A stretch of DNA of 64,000 nt, taken from assembly GCA_039630545.1 (NCBI GenBank), contig JBCNUU010000005.1:71474-135473 (forward strand), given 5' to 3'. The notes beneath the pieces were generated by a model. It made no database searches, was not told the origin of the DNA, and saw nothing but the letters and a program-made list of their open reading frames with translations. The number at the start of each line of letters is the position of its first letter. The first letter of the stretch is position 1. The DNA is from Endomicrobiia bacterium (GTDB lineage: Bacteria; Elusimicrobiota; Endomicrobiia; DTEH01). Below are positions 61,611 through 64,000 of this stretch, piece after piece. Made by a program: the position numbers and the translations under genes.

Positions 61611-64000
61611 TTATGGTGGAGGTCCTATTGTAGGGTTTTCTTTTGCTTTAAATTCTACAGGAATTGTTTGAATGTCAGTTGTGGATGTTGCAAGTGGTGT
61701 CATTATTCTAAACCAGAATTTGCGCTGGTCTATTGTTTCTTCGTCTTCGTTTATACCTGGTTTGGTGTCATCAAAAGGAATTACTCTTATACCTTTAGAG
61801 TCCTCTGGCTGGTTAGATGAAGCAGGCGGATGATATTTTATGTTTTCAGAAGCCCATGTGGTTGTGCTTGTAATCACATCATCTGTTTCAGAATAGGCAG
61901 TTCCATAGTCAGTTGTGGCTGGTCTTAAGTGATAAAATACACCTTCCAGCACAAACCTATCATACCATACAGATGAAGAATCATCTATTGTCCAGATAGT
62001 TCCATAGGTATTTCTCATAGATGGGGTATCTATTCTTACTCCATAATCTTCATAGACATTACCTGTATTTTCTATTACTAAACCATATGTGGCAATTGAA
62101 GATGTGTTTGTTTGGAGCCAATCAAAATTATATGTTGTGGACCAGGAAAGTTCCTGGTAGCCCTTTACATCAATTCCTACAATCACCCACTGTGCCCAGG
62201 AGGTGGCTGCATTTGATATATCAGACCAGTTGTTTGGATTTTCATCTCTTGTCCAGATACGGATATAATAAGTTACCCCGGGTAAAAGTCCGGTGAGTCG
62301 TCTTCTTTGATATGCATAAGGTGAAGTGTTTGTGCTCCATTCAATTTCAAACTTGTTCTGGAAATCGCTCCAGCTTCCTGTTGTCCAGAAATCAGCCGCA
62401 GTGGTTACAAAGGTTGAGTATCTTATTCTATATCTTCCACCAACTATGTTTCCTATCCAGCCATCATCGCCTGGTGCTATCCAGGTTAAGCTTATCTGAC
62501 CCTCAACTGGACCTGTTAAAGCAGAAAGTGTGGTAATAGCTTCTGGTTTGATGATGTCACCCCAGCAGATAGAATCAAAATAAATATTTCCTGTGTAGCT
62601 TGTACTTCCGTTCCAGGTTACCTGGACTCCTACTCTCTGATATGGTGTGGAGGTGCTTGTGGGTGTCCATCTTATAGTTGTCCAGCTGCCGGGAATGAGT
62701 GTTACATCACCAGAATCACTCCAGTTCCAGGCGTTATCCTGTATGAAAATTTTAGCTGTATACCCTGTAGGACCTCCAGATGGCATAAGCACTCTTACAG
62801 ATACAGGTGTGTTGGCAGGAGGCGTTCTTGGTTGACTTTCTATATATACAACACCTTTTCTGTTACTTTCACTATTATAAAAATTGCAATTTCCTCTTAG
62901 TGAATAAGCGCCTGTAAAATAATAATCATTAGAAGATGATACCTGAGTTATAGCTTGATCAGTAGGCCAATTACCATTTACCCATCCCTGAACTGTGTTT
63001 TCAAAATCATATTGTATCCAGGTTGCAGCATCTATATATATGTAGCCAGACCAAGAAGTTGAAGGTGATTGGTCTTCAATATGAACTCCAAACCTTCTAT
63101 ATGAAACATTACTACTTGTTGGTGTATAAGAAACTTCTACCCACTGACCTGGTTGTAATGTTACCCAAGAACCAGAAATATATTCATTCGCATTTGAAGT
63201 TTCTATATAGATTCTTGCTCTATAATCTGTAGGACCTCCGGATGGAATATACACATATAACTTCGTAGGACAATAGTCAAATAAATAATTTTCAGGTAAA
63301 TTGTCTCGTTTTATAAAAACATAAGCATTGTAAGAACTACTATTAAAGTTTGCTGTGCATTTAAGAGAATTAAATCCGTGATAAGAATAATCTGAAGAAT
63401 GTGTTTGGTCAGTAATGCCACTCCACCAGGTACCCCATCCATCATCCTCAGCATTGGACCAGTTATGAGTTGTTCCTTCAAAATCATAACGAATATACAA
63501 ATAGTGGTAACTTGGTGGTGGCGGTGGTAGCTGTGCCCAAGCAGTGGCTGCGTTTGATATAGAAGACCAGTTTGGTATCTCATCAGCGGTCCAGATTCTA
63601 ATATAATAAGTAACACCTGCTCTTAATCCTGTAAGCAACCTTGCCTGTGATGCTGAGGGTGATGTGTTTGTTGTCCATTCTATCTCATATTTGTTCTGGA
63701 AGTCAGTCCATGTTCCTGTTGTCCAGAAATCAGCTGCGTCTGTTATAAAAGTGGAATACCTTATTCTGTATTTGCCACCAGTAATGCCTCCTGTGTCCCC
63801 ATCATCACCTGGTGCTATCCAGGTTAAGCTTATCTCACCTTCATTTGTTCCTGTTAAAGCAGAAAGTGTAGTAATAGCAGCAGGTGGGGTGGTATCCAAT
63901 ATGCAAGCTAATGACATATAATAACATTGATGAGGATTGACACCTCTTGAGAGGTTATCTTCTATAAGTTGCTTGCTTCCTATCCAGCTTGAAGAATATA
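61611..64000 (-). CDS. Large secreted/surface protein with FN3-like repeats and two CBM-like modules (5' end outside the window)
   Basis: Frame stays open from 63917 to the window end (YSSSWIGSKQ...); two LTWIAPGDDG..YRIRY..LTGL..GVTYYIRIW repeats; two YDFE..W modules. Confidence 0.85.
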   Translation of the reverse strand, partial: YSSSWIGSKQLIEDNLSRGVNPHQCYYMSLACILDTTPPAAITTLSALTGTNEGEISLTWIAPGDDGDTGGITGGKYRIRYSTFITDAADFWTTGTWTDFQNKYEIEWTTNTSPSASQARLLTGLRAGVTYYIRIWTADEIPNWSSISNAATAWAQLPPPPPSYHYLYIRYDFEGTTHNWSNAEDDGWGTWWSGITDQTHSSDYSYHGFNSLKCTANFNSSSYNAYVFIKRDNLPENYLFDYCPTKLYVYIPSGGPTDYRARIYIETSNANEYISGSWVTLQPGQWVEVSYTPTSSNVSYRRFGVHIEDQSPSTSWSGYIYIDAATWIQYDFENTVQGWVNGNWPTDQAITQVSSSNDYYFTGAYSLRGNCNFYNSESNRKGVVYIESQPRTPPANTPVSVRVLMPSGGPTGYTAKIFIQDNAWNWSDSGDVTLIPGSWTTIRWTPTSTSTPYQRVGVQVTWNGSTSYTGNIYFDSICWGDIIKPEAITTLSALTGPVEGQISLTWIAPGDDGWIGNIVGGRYRIRYSTFVTTAADFWTTGSWSDFQNKFEIEWSTNTSPYAYQRRRLTGLLPGVTYYIRIWTRDENPNNWSDISNAATSWAQWVIVGIDVKGYQELSWSTTYNFDWLQTNTSSIATYGLVIENTGNVYEDYGVRIDTPSMRNTYGTIWTIDDSSSVWYDRFVLEGVFYHLRPATTDYGTAYSETDDVITSTTTWASENIKYHPPASSNQPEDSKGIRVIPFDDTKPGINEDEETIDQRKFWFRIMTPLATSTTDIQTIPVEFKAKENPTIGPPP
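62190..62540 (-). repeat. Intragenic FN3-like repeat, copy 2
   Basis: Aligns with 63531-63878; 28-bp identical block at 62470-62497 and 63808-63835. Confidence 0.9.
63531..63878 (-). repeat. Intragenic FN3-like repeat, copy 1
   Basis: AITTLSALTG...SNAATAWAQ matches AITTLSALTG...SNAATSWAQ of copy 2. Confidence 0.9.

Overview
Very AT-rich, gene-dense bacterial chromosomal segment, almost entirely coded on the minus strand. It comes from a diderm (BamA, Skp, lipid A, Lol) and probably anaerobic organism; an Elusimicrobiota-like lineage is my inference from gene content and style, not proven. It is mostly housekeeping: a bat/VWA cluster, two radical SAM genes, pfkB, larA, alaS, wza-like, PIN/TRAM-ispD-ispF-cysS-rlmB, glnA, purD-purM-purN, yajC-HD-secD-secF, a bamA-skp-lpxC-(fabZ-lpxA fusion)-lpxI-gnnA-like-lpxB-msbA operon, metK-ahcY-lysS-lolC-lolD-tadA-ssrA, the rpsP-khpA-rimM-trmD-rplS-rnhB-yraN block, an HPS-RraA fusion, a core methionine synthase, truB and the 3' part of a large FN3/CBM-repeat surface protein. 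RNA genes are tRNA-Arg(CCG), tRNA(CAT, probably Ile2) and tmRNA (tag ANTYAYAA). I saw no CRISPR array, integrase or transposase. The best leads are: (1) the tadA stop codon lies inside mature tmRNA, so RNase P maturation would make tadA mRNA non-stop; (2) a clean FabZ-LpxA fusion; (3) two near-identical ECF-sigma-type promoters in front of uncharacterised envelope genes, including a small beta-barrel plus secreted-protein pair; (4) an uncalled radical SAM pseudogene; (5) a structured GC-rich intergenic element.
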